NCBI GenBank assembly: GCA_041556275.1
Contig: JBFFIU010000001.1
Coordinates: 1 to 50,705 of the forward strand
DNA length: 50,705 bases
From: Anaerolineales bacterium
GTDB taxonomy: Bacteria; Chloroflexota; Anaerolineae; Anaerolineales; UBA4823
Reading direction: 5' to 3'
The notes beneath the pieces are model-generated. The model was not told the DNA's origin and did no database searches. It worked only from the letters and a program-made list of their open reading frames with translations. The stretch's first letter is position 1; every line of letters begins with the position of its first letter. The position numbers and the translations under genes were made by a program. Shown piece by piece: positions 1 to 10,096 of this stretch.

Positions 1-975
1 ATCGAGCAAAGGATGGCGAGCATTAAATAACCGGATAACGCTCCCCGGGTGTTGGCGTCCACCAGTGATCGACCGGTTTTTTCGGGGAATCTCAACCAGG
101 CTGGGTTCAATCGCCCCGAGCTCTTCCGCATACTTCGCTTTCGCCAGAGCCAGGTCGAGCTGCGCAATAATTTCAATCAGTTGATTTATCTCAGGGGCAA
201 AAGCGCCAACCCTCCCCGAAAGGTCTGCCAGGATGCGCCTTTCTTCATCCCGTTCAGAGAGCTGCAGCTCTCTGTACTGATTGTTCATCTCGACCACTGA
301 CAATGGTTCAACGAACAAGGTTGCCCCAGAGGCGGATTGGTCATGCACGACCGCTCGGATACGACCTTTGAATTCAGCCCTCAGCGGTAGGACGTACCGC
401 CCATCGCGCTGGGTGACGAGAGACTCTTGAAGGTATTGGGTGATTTTCGAATCGCTGACCATTCGCTGCATTTTTGTCAACAGACGGTCATGCACCACCC
501 GCAAATCCCTGCGGATGACAGCCAGTTTAGGAGAGGCAGAGTCGAGGATTTCTCCCCGATCGGAAATGGCGCGCGAGATGCCATCGATCAAACCAACCGG
601 GAGAGGCATTTGAGCTGCAATCTCAGCCAGCCTCGGATATTGGCCTTCCAGGCGCTCGAATGTTCGCATTAGATTACGCCCGGCGATCAAAGTTGATTTG
701 ATATCCAGGAGATCGAATGGCGTTAGCAATCCGGCATGGCTGGCCAGATCGATCTGCTGCCGGACATCGCGGGCACCACCAATCGTCAGGTCTGGGTGAG
801 AGATTAGCAGCTCCACGGCTTCGGTAGTCTCGGCCAAGAGACGCCTGGCCTCACTTAGATCAGAGGTGGGACGCAGTAGTTTAGCTTTTTCTGCTGTTGG
901 AGCGAATGCCGCGTAACCAGCGATACGCTCCAGGATCTTCGGATATTCGAGGGTCTGTAAAGTTTTTTCATCCAT
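1..975 (-). CDS. mutS2: Endonuclease MutS2, N-terminal 325 codons (3' end runs off the window start)
   Basis: Absent from the ORF track because there is no stop inside the window. My minus-strand translation from the ATG at 975-973 reads MDEKTLQTLEYPKILERIAGYAAFA... and ends ...GRQHPGSVIRLFNARHPLLD at position 1. It is open throughout, with a typical MutS2 N-terminus and ARHPLL motif. Confidence 0.8.
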   Translation of the reverse strand, partial: MDEKTLQTLEYPKILERIAGYAAFAPTAEKAKLLRPTSDLSEARRLLAETTEAVELLISHPDLTIGGARDVRQQIDLASHAGLLTPFDLLDIKSTLIAGRNLMRTFERLEGQYPRLAEIAAQMPLPVGLIDGISRAISDRGEILDSASPKLAVIRRDLRVVHDRLLTKMQRMVSDSKITQYLQESLVTQRDGRYVLPLRAEFKGRIRAVVHDQSASGATLFVEPLSVVEMNNQYRELQLSERDEERRILADLSGRVGAFAPEINQLIEIIAQLDLALAKAKYAEELGAIEPSLVEIPRKNRSITGGRQHPGSVIRLFNARHPLLD

Positions 976-1297
976 GATCGCCAAATATTATAATGCTCAT
1001 CTCACACATCTGTATACGGTCACAAATCCAAATCAGCAAACCGAACTCCCCAGAGAGTAAAAATCGGTCATAATCTCTTGGGCAAGTATTTAAAGAAACT
1101 ACTATCCAACGAGTAGTGGTCTGCAAGTCAACGCGAAGCCTCTCTAATCAAAAATACTCGTCTGCTGAAAGATCTAAGTCGCTTTGACATCCGTTTCGAT
1201 ATATAATTTTGGATGACGATATTGATCTAAAGACCTTAGCCGAATAAATCGAAATACCTTGATATCTTATGATCACCTCAAAACATAGGAGGCAGCA

Positions 1298-2170
1298 ATG
1301 CGAGACTTGACCGAACCGATCCTTGAACTGGTCCGATTAGCGGCGACAGACCTGCCAGCGGATGTCGAAGCTGGATTGAGCGCTGCAGTCGAGCGGGAGG
1401 AACCCGGCTCCGCTGCTCACGGGGCATTGGAAACCATCTTGAAGAATGTGGAGCTGGCTCGCCAGAATTCCACCCCGATCTGCCAGGATACAGGCACACC
1501 GATCTTTTACGTTCATTACCCGGAAGGCTGGAGCACGCTCCGATTACGGGAACAAATCCAGAATGCTGTGGCTGAGGCTACCAGACGGGCATATTTACGT
1601 CCCAATGCAGTCGATACCTTGAGCGGGGTGAACAGCGGCGACAATTTAGGGGACGAGCATTTTCCCACTATTCACTTCACTGAAGTCGAAGGCGAAACCT
1701 TGACATTCGACCTGATGTTAAAAGGGGGCGGGTGCGAGAATGTTGGCGCCCAATATTCGCTTCCCAATAATGACCTCGGTGCGGGAAGAGACCTGGCGGG
1801 TGTACGCAAAGTTGCACTGGACGCAGTTTATAAAGCCCAGGGAAAGGGCTGCGCTCCGGGCATCCTGGGCATCGCCGTCGGCGGTGACCGGGGATCATCG
1901 TACTCTGCCTCCAAAGAGGTGCTCTTGCGCCAGCTAGATGACTCAAACACGAACCCCGAATTGGACGAATTAGAAGACCGCCTTACCGAAGAAGCAAACC
2001 AGTTAGGCATCGGACCGATGGGATTTGGCGGGAAAACAACCGTACTGGGGACTAAAATCACCGGAATGCACCGCCTGCCAGCCAGTTATTTTGTCACTGT
2101 GACCTACATGTGCTGGGCATACCGCAGAAGGCAAATGAAGGTAAGCGGGGAAGAAATAACTTACCAATAA
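1298..2170 (+). CDS. Fe-S type hydro-lyase alpha subunit (class I fumarate hydratase / L(+)-tartrate dehydratase alpha)
   Basis: 290 aa with the ICQDTGTPIFYV motif and GGGCEN. A GGAGG RBS precedes the ATG, and the beta subunit gene follows. Confidence 0.85.
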   Translation: MRDLTEPILELVRLAATDLPADVEAGLSAAVEREEPGSAAHGALETILKNVELARQNSTPICQDTGTPIFYVHYPEGWSTLRLREQIQNAVAEATRRAYLRPNAVDTLSGVNSGDNLGDEHFPTIHFTEVEGETLTFDLMLKGGGCENVGAQYSLPNNDLGAGRDLAGVRKVALDAVYKAQGKGCAPGILGIAVGGDRGSSYSASKEVLLRQLDDSNTNPELDELEDRLTEEANQLGIGPMGFGGKTTVLGTKITGMHRLPASYFVTVTYMCWAYRRRQMKVSGEEITYQ

Positions 2171-2196
2171 AAAACAGGAGTCAATTGGAGGGCATT

Positions 2197-2820
2197 ATGC
2201 AAGAAATATCAATTCCGATCAGTGATGAGACCATCCGCTCTCTCAAAGTGGGAGATCCTGTTGCGCTTTCCGGAGTGATGGTCACCGGCAGGGATGCAGC
2301 TCACAAGTGGATGGTAGAAACATTTATCAAGCGTTCACGCCAGCCAAACGACGATGATTTGCGAGTCTACGATGCCATAAAACCATTATTGGCAGGTGGA
2401 GTGATCTACCACTGTGGTCCTGTCGTTGCCGGTCTTGAGACAAAGGAGTATCAATTCGTTGCTGCCGGTCCCACAACCAGTACACGCGAAGAACCATATC
2501 AGAGTGATGTCATGCACCACTTTGATATCAAAGGTGTGATCGGCAAAGGTGGCATGGGACCAAAAACCCTGGCTGCGTGCCAGGATGTCCCTGGAGTTTA
2601 TTTCCATGCTGTGGGAGGTGCGGCCTCATTGATCGCTCAATCTGTCGAAAAGGTATTGGGGGTGTACAAATACGAATTCGGTGTACCTGAAGCGATGTGG
2701 GTCATCCAGGTCAAGGATTTCCCCGCTGTGGTGACTATGGATTCCCATGATAGAAGTCTGCACGCCAAGATCGATGGCAGCTCTAGAGCGGAATTGGAAA
2801 AAATGCTGGCAGACACTTGA
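2197..2820 (+). CDS. Fe-S type hydro-lyase beta subunit (class I fumarate hydratase / tartrate dehydratase beta)
   Basis: MQEISIPISDETIRSLKVGDPVALSGVMVTGRDAAHKW..., GKGGMG. I chose the ATG at 2197 (GGAG upstream, after the alpha stop) over the track start at 2110, which overlaps the alpha subunit. Confidence 0.8.
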   Translation: MQEISIPISDETIRSLKVGDPVALSGVMVTGRDAAHKWMVETFIKRSRQPNDDDLRVYDAIKPLLAGGVIYHCGPVVAGLETKEYQFVAAGPTTSTREEPYQSDVMHHFDIKGVIGKGGMGPKTLAACQDVPGVYFHAVGGAASLIAQSVEKVLGVYKYEFGVPEAMWVIQVKDFPAVVTMDSHDRSLHAKIDGSSRAELEKMLADT

Positions 2821-2890
2821 CTCCCCCGGCGGCTACTGAGTAGATCCGCTAATTAAGAAAAAACACAGCCAAAGCTCAAAAGAATATGCA

Positions 2891-4162
2891 ATGACAGACA
2901 AGCGGCCACTGCTGACACCGCTCATGCGTTGGTTCATGTTTGCCATGGTGCTGGCAAACATCGCCGGATCCATGTATGGGATTTTACTCCCCATCTATCT
3001 TACGGAACTCGGCGCGAGCGTGGTCCAGGTTGGCTTGGTTTTCACCCTAACCTCCGTGGTGATCTTAATTTTACAGATCTTCGGTGGGTGGATATCCGAC
3101 TCAATCGGCCGCTTGCGGGCCATAGCCATCGGCAGTGTCGGCGGGGTGATCGGATTCGCCTTCATGCTGCTGGCCAATTCCTGGGAGACGATGTTGATCG
3201 CTATCTCCATCAGCCAGATTCCTTACGCCATGGTCGGACCCAGTTTTGGGGCATTTATCGCTGAGAACTCGTCAGTAGGTAACCGGGGCAGGGTGTATGG
3301 GATCACCGATACTATCTACCAGATCACTGGAGTGATCGGACCCCCATTGGGTGGGTATATTGCCAGTTTTTATGGATTTAAACCGATGCTCTTCGTGGCA
3401 GCTATTTTTTATACCCTTGCAGCAGGTCTGCGTATCTGGATGGCGACCACCATGCGATCACCGGAAGAACCTTCTCCGAAAAAACTAACTGTGGCCTCAT
3501 TTAAATCCAATATTGTTTTCATGATCGGTATGGTGCTCAGCGGCGGCATAGTCACCTGGATCTTCATCACTGACGGAGTGAGCGACATCGCTTTCCGCCT
3601 CTCCGAACAACTACAGCCGATATATCTCGAACAATTGGCTGGTATACCCATTATTCAAATTGGTTTCCTGGGCTCCATATTCTCTCTTTCAATGATGGTC
3701 ACACCCATCATTTCGGGACGCATATCCGATAAGTACGGGGAGCGTGTACCGATATCTCTAGGCTTCTTGATGATATTCTTCGCTTACATGGTTTTTATAC
3801 AGGTCAGCGATTTCATCGGCTTTGCCATCACCTGGGCGATTCTTGGGGTCAGTGTGGGATTATTGAGTCCTGCATACCAGTCGCTGGTCTCCAAAGTCGT
3901 TCCTCAAGAGAAGCTGGGCATTTTCACCGGCATGTTTCGCAGCAGTTTGGGGTTGATCTCTCTGCCGGCACCCTGGCTGGGTGCCCAGTTGTGGGAGCGG
4001 ATCAATCCACGGGTACCGTTTATCATCACTGCTATACTGGCTCTTATCAGTGTGATCCCGACCTGGTTCAAATTTAAACTCCCCAAGGATCAGGATCTTG
4101 TGGACGAAGAGACAAGCGATGATGTCCACTCCGCCCCTGAAGCCAGCAGTACAACCGATTGA
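2891..4162 (+). CDS. MFS transporter
   Basis: 423 aa, about 12 hydrophobic helices, MFS-like GxxSDxxGR loop (GGWISDSIGRLR). Confidence 0.75.
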   Translation: MTDKRPLLTPLMRWFMFAMVLANIAGSMYGILLPIYLTELGASVVQVGLVFTLTSVVILILQIFGGWISDSIGRLRAIAIGSVGGVIGFAFMLLANSWETMLIAISISQIPYAMVGPSFGAFIAENSSVGNRGRVYGITDTIYQITGVIGPPLGGYIASFYGFKPMLFVAAIFYTLAAGLRIWMATTMRSPEEPSPKKLTVASFKSNIVFMIGMVLSGGIVTWIFITDGVSDIAFRLSEQLQPIYLEQLAGIPIIQIGFLGSIFSLSMMVTPIISGRISDKYGERVPISLGFLMIFFAYMVFIQVSDFIGFAITWAILGVSVGLLSPAYQSLVSKVVPQEKLGIFTGMFRSSLGLISLPAPWLGAQLWERINPRVPFIITAILALISVIPTWFKFKLPKDQDLVDEETSDDVHSAPEASSTTD

Positions 4163-4353
4163 CTTCCCTAATTCACGTTGGCCTAACCAGGAATTCTAAG
4201 GATCACTTAATCCTGCAGCTTGCCAACTGGGATATATGAATGATATAAATGGCAAATTAATGCCTTACAATATGACATATTGTTAATTAAGGTCAATCCC
4301 CTTTAATAGTAATCAGATCCAGCTAAATATTAAGTGAAGAGAGGTTAATTAAA

Positions 4354-4896
4354 ATGAAGTTGATCTATAAAAGGAGTAACGGAGATATGGTGAGTGAGAT
4401 GCCTGTCGGGCAAAATCCGCTGACGGAAGCCACATCCCCTCTGCAAGCGAACACTCCAGCTCCCGAATTCTCACTAGAAAGTTCTACTGGAAGAACGATC
4501 ACGCTCAAGGAATACCGGGGACAACCGGTAATTCTGGCGTTTTACCCCGCTGATGGAACTCCTGTTTGCAGCGATCAACTTACGCTCTATAATGAAGTAT
4601 TGCCGCTGTTTGAAGATCATAATGCCCAATTATTAGGTATATCCGTGGATAGTGTGGCGTCTCACCAGGCTTTCAGCGCAGAGCGTAATTTAAGCTTCCC
4701 CCTCTTAGCCGACTTCGAGCCCAGGGGTGCGGTATCGAGCGCTTACGGAGTGTATGATTCAAAGTATGAAACCAGCAAACGGGCCTTGTTTGTCATAGAT
4801 TCATCTGGGGTGATCAGCTGGAGCTTTGTGTCACCATCCAATGTGAATCCTGGAGCGAACGGTATCTTGGAGGCCCTCGAAGCGCTGGATGAATGA
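4354..4896 (+). CDS. Peroxiredoxin (AhpC/TSA, Bcp/AhpE-like)
   Basis: PAPEFSLESSTGRTITLKEYRGQPVILAFYPADGTPVCSDQL carries the peroxidatic Cys context. The start could be an internal Met. Confidence 0.8.
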   Translation: MKLIYKRSNGDMVSEMPVGQNPLTEATSPLQANTPAPEFSLESSTGRTITLKEYRGQPVILAFYPADGTPVCSDQLTLYNEVLPLFEDHNAQLLGISVDSVASHQAFSAERNLSFPLLADFEPRGAVSSAYGVYDSKYETSKRALFVIDSSGVISWSFVSPSNVNPGANGILEALEALDE

Positions 4897-4910
4897 AAGG
4901 AGATTGATCT

Positions 4911-6770
4911 GTGGCAACTGGAAGTGAAGCAAAGTTGACTGTGCCGGTTGGAGAGCGCGATCATGTCTTGGGACCCGAAGATGCCCCAGTGACCCTGGTT
5001 GAGTATGGCGATCTCGAGTGTCCATATTGCCGCCAGGTCAACCCGGTCATCAAAGCGCTGCGCCGGCGATTAGGAGGGCGAGTACGCTATGTATTCCGCC
5101 ACTTCCCCATCCGTACCGCTCATACACATGCTGAACATGCCGCTGAGGCGACCGAAGCGGCAGGAGCCCAGGGTAAATTCTGGGAGATGCAGGAGTATCT
5201 GCTTGAGCACCAGGGGAAGCTTGAAGATTCAGATTTACTCCAATATGCTCGCGATCTAGATCTGGACATCGAACAATTTGAGAACGACTTGACAGAACAC
5301 ACCTACGCTGACCGGGTGCGGGAGGATTTTCTCAGTGGTGTTCGCAGCGGCGTCAATGGCACACCCACTTTCTTTATCAACGGGACCCGTTATGACGGCC
5401 CTTGGGATCTCGAATCGCTGATCGAAGCCGTTGAAAAACCGTTAGGCGCTCAAGTGCGCCTGCTTGCTCAGGAATTTGCCCGCATAGAAGCTTCCGGTGG
5501 TCTGGTGTTGCTGGCCTGTGCCATCGTAGCCCTCATATTGGCGAATTCTTCCTGGGCGGAATCCTACTTTCACTTTTGGGAAACCGATCTAAGTTTTGCA
5601 ATAGGCAACACCCATTTTTCATTGCCTCTGATAGAGTGGGTTAACGATGGCTTGATGGTGATCTTCTTCTTCGTGGTGGGTCTGGAGATCAAGCGACAGC
5701 TCACCACGGGAGAGCTGGCGACGCCGCGGCGAGCAGCTCTGCCGCTGGCCGCAGCACTTGGAGGTATGATAGCTCCAGCTGGACTTTACCTCGCCTTGAA
5801 TGCTGGCGGACCTGGTGAGCCAGGTTGGGGCATCCCAATGGCGACCGACATCGCTTTTACCCTGGGCATCCTGGCGCTGCTAGGTAGCCGAGCTCCGTTA
5901 TCATTGAAGGTGTTCTTCACCGCCTTGGCTATTGCTGATGACCTGGGGGCGGTATTGGTGATCGCCCTGTTCTATACCTCTGACGTGGCCTGGCTTTGGT
6001 TGCTCATTGCCGCGGTCACTTTTGCTGCCCTGATCGGGCTCAACCGGGCCAGGGTTTATGAGCCGTGGCCATATGCGGTTTTAGGTGTCGTTCTCTGGTT
6101 TGCCTTCCTCGAATCGGGTATCCACCCCACCATCGCTGGTGTATTATTGGCTACAACAATACCCACTCGCAACCCACCCAATACTGGTTCCTTGCTTGCG
6201 CAATGCGTCTCTGTGCTGGATGAATTCGAAGACCCAGCTTCCCGCCGAGCTACTCACAGCGATCGATATCAGGCTGCAGCCCAAACCCTGGAAGTCGTCG
6301 CAGATCGAATGCAATCACCCGCTCAACGTTTGGAACACTCACTCCTCCCTTGGTCCACATATCTGATCTTGCCAATATTCGCTCTGGCGAATGCAGGTGT
6401 GCAACTGCGATTCGACATGAGTCTCTTCGGACCGATCAGCATCGGCATCATGCTTGGCCTGGTGATCGGCAAACCGCTGGGTATCACCTTGCTCTCATGG
6501 CTGGCCATCAGGTTGGGGTTGGCTGAGCTGCCTCGCAATGTCGGCTGGCGCGAGTTGTTCAGCGCCAGCTGGCTGGCTGGAATCGGTTTCACCATGTCCC
6601 TGTTCATCGCCAATGCTGCTTTTTCGGATCCTGAACTACTGGATCAGGCCAAAATAGGCATCATTTTCGCCTCATTGGTGGCTGGCATCATTGGCTTTAT
6701 CCTGATGGCGACCGGCAGCTCGACTCATGAAGAAACCACGCACATGGAGTCGGCGCCGGCAATGGATTGA
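4911..6770 (+). CDS. nhaA: DsbA-like thioredoxin-fold domain fused to Na+/H+ antiporter NhaA
   Basis: GTG start 9 nt after AAGGAG. The N-terminal part has VTLVEYGDLECPYCRQ (CPYC) and GTPTFFINGTRY, typical of the DsbA family. The C-terminal roughly 400 aa is NhaA-like (VIFFFVVGLEIKRQL, PMATDIAFTLG). Confidence 0.85.
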   Translation: MATGSEAKLTVPVGERDHVLGPEDAPVTLVEYGDLECPYCRQVNPVIKALRRRLGGRVRYVFRHFPIRTAHTHAEHAAEATEAAGAQGKFWEMQEYLLEHQGKLEDSDLLQYARDLDLDIEQFENDLTEHTYADRVREDFLSGVRSGVNGTPTFFINGTRYDGPWDLESLIEAVEKPLGAQVRLLAQEFARIEASGGLVLLACAIVALILANSSWAESYFHFWETDLSFAIGNTHFSLPLIEWVNDGLMVIFFFVVGLEIKRQLTTGELATPRRAALPLAAALGGMIAPAGLYLALNAGGPGEPGWGIPMATDIAFTLGILALLGSRAPLSLKVFFTALAIADDLGAVLVIALFYTSDVAWLWLLIAAVTFAALIGLNRARVYEPWPYAVLGVVLWFAFLESGIHPTIAGVLLATTIPTRNPPNTGSLLAQCVSVLDEFEDPASRRATHSDRYQAAAQTLEVVADRMQSPAQRLEHSLLPWSTYLILPIFALANAGVQLRFDMSLFGPISIGIMLGLVIGKPLGITLLSWLAIRLGLAELPRNVGWRELFSASWLAGIGFTMSLFIANAAFSDPELLDQAKIGIIFASLVAGIIGFILMATGSSTHEETTHMESAPAMD

Positions 6771-6810
6771 AGACAGGTTCGTTGTCTTGGTACGCTTTGT
6801 GACCAAAATC

Positions 6811-6852
6811 AAAAAACAAGTTCTCTTTATGTTGAGAACTTGTTTTCTTTAT
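6811..6852. terminator. Bidirectional hairpin between convergent genes
   Basis: 11-bp stem AACAAGTTCTC (6815-6825) / GAGAACTTGTT (6834-6844), with an A-run on the left and a T-rich run on the right. Confidence 0.5.
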
Positions 6853-6911
6853 CCACAGATTGAATTGGAGATCACAATACCCCAGTAGAGATGCAAATTT
6901 CTATTGGACGG

Positions 6912-8276
6912 TTAATTAGATTCTCCTTCAGCAGTTTGTTCATGTGCTATTGGCAGCTCAATGATGAATTTAGCTCCCACACCAACTTTACTCTCTACAC
7001 GTATTCGTCCTCCCTGGCTTTCGACGAGTGACCTTGCGATAGCCAGACCCAACCCTGAACCCCCTTCCTCTCTTTGGCGAGATTTATCACCACGATAGAA
7101 GCGGTCAAACAGGAAGGGCAGATCCTGCTCAGGAATACCGGGACCGGTATCTTCGACGGCTATCCTCACTCCTTCAGGAATCTGTGTTCCAGATAAGGTG
7201 ATCCTGCCACCTTCAAGGGTGTAGCGCAGGGCATTATCCAGCAAGTTGACCAACACTTGAGTCATGCGATCCGCGTCGACCTTCACTTCAGGTAAACCCG
7301 GTGAGGTCTCGATCAGCAATGAGACACCTTTCGTATTTGCCTCTGATTTTCGCGCCGCCGCACTACGCTCTAACAACTCTAGAGGGGAGATTCTGCTTCG
7401 ATTGAGACGTAATTCACCGGCATCAGATAGTGAAAGGGTACGTAAATCGTCTACTAATCTGTTGAGCCGCTTGGTCTCGTCATAAATGATGTCAAACGTC
7501 TCTGGATCAGGCGGCAGCTGACCTTCGCTGAGCGCTTCTGAATGTCCCAGCACAACCGTCAGCGGTGTACGCAGCTCATGGGCGATATCGGCGGTCATTT
7601 GGCGGCGCAACTCCTGGGATTGCGCAAGGTCAGAACTCATTTGATTAAAGGAGGCCGCTAATTCTCCCAACTCATCCTGTGAACGAATGGGCACTTGCTG
7701 TTTCAAATCTCCCTTGGCGATGGCACGGCTGGCATCTGTTAATTCCCGCAGCGTGCGGGTCAAGGTGCGGGCCAAAACCACCCCCAGAATCAATGAGGCC
7801 AATACTGCCCCCACGGATGCAATGATCAGAGAATTGTACAAACGCGTAAACTGAGCCGAGAAAGGGGGGGCGCCCTGAAACCGATTTGGACCACGGAAAA
7901 TTATCCCGACCACCTGGTTATCAATCGTGATCGGGGTTCCATCTTCTCTCCACCGGTCCATGCCTTGAATCCTGGGGGCGGGGAAAACATCAGGATCAGG
8001 TACAATGATCTCCCCCTGCGCGTTGAAGATTACAAAGCCTCTGCCATATCTCTGGGAGAATGCCTGTCTGTTGGTTAATCTTCCAATTCCTTTCCAACTC
8101 CCATCTCTGCTGTAGTACTCAGATAATTCACTGATTAAAGCGTCATTATCTTGTGCTTCGAGCAGCTCTCTGAATTGATCCCCAGTGAATCGTGCTGCCA
8201 TGATCGCCACCAGCGCGATACCTACCAGACTGACCAGGGTAAAGGCGAGCACTAACTTGAGGGCCAGAGAGCGCAT
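6912..8276 (-). CDS. Sensor histidine kinase (HAMP-HisKA-HATPase)
   Basis: Two TM segments, H-box AHELRTPLT, G-boxes DTGPGI and GGSGLGLAIA. Its start overlaps the stop of the upstream response regulator by 1 nt. Confidence 0.85.
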   Translation of the reverse strand: MRSLALKLVLAFTLVSLVGIALVAIMAARFTGDQFRELLEAQDNDALISELSEYYSRDGSWKGIGRLTNRQAFSQRYGRGFVIFNAQGEIIVPDPDVFPAPRIQGMDRWREDGTPITIDNQVVGIIFRGPNRFQGAPPFSAQFTRLYNSLIIASVGAVLASLILGVVLARTLTRTLRELTDASRAIAKGDLKQQVPIRSQDELGELAASFNQMSSDLAQSQELRRQMTADIAHELRTPLTVVLGHSEALSEGQLPPDPETFDIIYDETKRLNRLVDDLRTLSLSDAGELRLNRSRISPLELLERSAAARKSEANTKGVSLLIETSPGLPEVKVDADRMTQVLVNLLDNALRYTLEGGRITLSGTQIPEGVRIAVEDTGPGIPEQDLPFLFDRFYRGDKSRQREEGGSGLGLAIARSLVESQGGRIRVESKVGVGAKFIIELPIAHEQTAEGESN

Positions 8277-8965
8277 TACTCTACCTTGGCCGTAAAACGA
8301 TAACCCACACCATAGACGGTCTCGATGTAGTGCGGATTATGGGGATCATCTTCGATCTTGGCGCGCAGATTCTTGATATGCACATCGATCGTGCGTTTAT
8401 ATCCAGCAAAGGCTGTGTCCTGAATCAGATCAAGCAATTCCAAACGGGTGAATGTGCGCCCGGGGGCAGAAATCAATGCCGCTAATAAATCGAATTCTGA
8501 AGGTGTCAAATCAATCACTGAATCATTGAGTGTGACCAGATGGCTATCGCGATCCAGGGTAATCCCATTAGCGCGCAGGATATCCATTTGCGGGGGGCCC
8601 TGCCCAGTGCGACGAAGCACAGCCCGGATGCGTGAGGTCAATTCACGCGGGCTGAACGGTTTGGTGACGTAGTCATCTGCCCCAAGTTCCAATCCGAGCA
8701 CCTTGTCATCCTCTTCCAGCTTGGCCGTCAACAAGATGATCGGCGTTTCGCGCTCTTTTCTATGCTGGCGCATGAATTCATAACCGTCCATCTCCGGCAT
8801 CATGATGTCCAGGACGATCAGGTCGGGCTTTTCGTGGCGGGCGACGTAGATCGCTTCGCGACCGTTCTGAGCGGTCGCCACGCGAAATCCCTGCTGCTCA
8901 AGGTAAGCCCTGAGCAAAGAGACGATCCTCTTTTCGTCGTCAACAACCATGATAGTTTTCGTCAT
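8276..8965 (-). CDS. OmpR-family response regulator
   Basis: MTKTIMVVDDE..., DLIVLDIMMPEMDG, and a winged-helix C-terminus (GVGYRF). I preferred the ATG at 8965 (GAGGTG RBS) to the GTG at 8971. Confidence 0.9.
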   Translation of the reverse strand: MTKTIMVVDDEKRIVSLLRAYLEQQGFRVATAQNGREAIYVARHEKPDLIVLDIMMPEMDGYEFMRQHRKERETPIILLTAKLEEDDKVLGLELGADDYVTKPFSPRELTSRIRAVLRRTGQGPPQMDILRANGITLDRDSHLVTLNDSVIDLTPSEFDLLAALISAPGRTFTRLELLDLIQDTAFAGYKRTIDVHIKNLRAKIEDDPHNPHYIETVYGVGYRFTAKVE

Positions 8966-9383
8966 GATCACCTCATGCAGATTTAAGAGACAAACTTGGA
9001 TATAAATCGCGAAGGAATTGTACCCTCAAATATTCACCTGATCTTGATTCCAGCAGTTCGATCAGCGGATCGATGAAGAAAACTGCAAACTTGTTTGCTA
9101 ACTTTTCCAAGTACTCTCTCAGTGATTTGTTTTCATCCAATTCACACTAAATATTTGTGCCATGATCACCTGTCGCACATCGGTAAAGAGATAGATAAGT
9201 GCTTTACAGATAAAGTATAGAAAATCAATATAAAGGTGCTGTTATTAAGTTGTGTAGAAATTGTGAAGATAAAAGGGGAGCTAATTCTCCCATGTATGTC
9301 GAAGCGGAGACAGGCTCATAGCCCATCCGACCATGCGGTAGTCCCGCGATTGTTGTGGGGGACGAGAATTCTCGATAATCAAC

Positions 9384-9806
9384 ATGAAAAAAATATATGA
9401 AATATTTACTATAATCATGGCATCAGCCCAAAACAAGAGTGTGGAGACAACTATGGAAAATCACCCAGTCATCAGCATACACGAATACGAGCTCAAACCC
9501 AGTGCGGAGGGTGCTCAATTCGAACGCGCTTTCAAAGAGGCTGAAGCGCGCGGGTTATTTGAGCTACCTGGTCTGCTTCAGTATCACTTCGTCAAGGGCA
9601 TTCGCGGGGCGCGCAAGTATAAATATGCTGTGATTTGGATCTACGAAAATAAAAAAGCCTGGGAGCAATTATGGGGACCGGTTGATCAACCAATCCCTAA
9701 GAGCAAGTATCCGGATAAGTGGCTGACCTGGGAAAACGAAGTCCTGGCCCCTTTTCTGAGGCAGGACCCGGATGCAATCAGCTTCACATCTTATCTTGTT
9801 CTTTGA
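9384..9806 (+). CDS. Hypothetical small protein, possibly an alpha+beta barrel (Dabb/ABM-like) fold
   Basis: ORF only. No motif I can name, and the start is uncertain (internal Mets at MASAQ and MENHP). Confidence 0.4.
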   Translation: MKKIYEIFTIIMASAQNKSVETTMENHPVISIHEYELKPSAEGAQFERAFKEAEARGLFELPGLLQYHFVKGIRGARKYKYAVIWIYENKKAWEQLWGPVDQPIPKSKYPDKWLTWENEVLAPFLRQDPDAISFTSYLVL

Positions 9807-9812
9807 CAATAG

Positions 9813-9850
9813 AAAACGCCTGCCAACATAAGGTTTAGCAGGCGCTTTAG
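9813..9850. terminator. Hairpin between convergent genes
   Basis: Stem CGCCTGC (9817-9823) / GCAGGCG (9838-9844), A-run before and CTTT after. Confidence 0.45.
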
Positions 9851-9883
9851 GTATGAAATCAGGCAATGGTAATAAACAACTGG

Positions 9884-10096
9884 TCAATCACTGGTAGTAT
9901 CGTCGATCCAATCAGCCAGGCACGAAGACTTGGGATCCCGAACGAAATCCGCTTGACATTCAGGAGTGCAGAAGAATACCCACTTTCCTTCAAATTCGGC
10001 ACGCGGTAAACCGGAGAAATATTTTTCCTCGGCTCCACAAGCCGTCCTCACGTCGCTGCCAAAAACCGGTAAAGGGATAGGTTCGCTCATGCTCAT
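9884..10096 (-). CDS. TRASH/YHS-like Cys-motif small protein, last gene of the ccm operon
   Basis: 70 aa with C-x22-C-x3-C (ACGAEEKYF...WVFFCTPECQADFVRDP), resembling the TRASH/YHS metal-binding pattern. ATGA overlap with the ccmD-like ORF. Confidence 0.45.
   Translation of the reverse strand: MSMSEPIPLPVFGSDVRTACGAEEKYFSGLPRAEFEGKWVFFCTPECQADFVRDPKSSCLADWIDDTTSD

Noticed and set aside
49-672. Two plus-strand ORFs (83 and 81 aa) at the window start
   Set aside because: They are embedded antisense in the open minus-strand mutS2 frame, which has clear family motifs.
2110-2196. N-terminal extension of the hydro-lyase beta subunit in the ORF track
   Set aside because: The extension overlaps the alpha-subunit 3' end and encodes a basic low-complexity peptide. 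The ATG at 2197 has a GGAG RBS and begins the conserved sequence.
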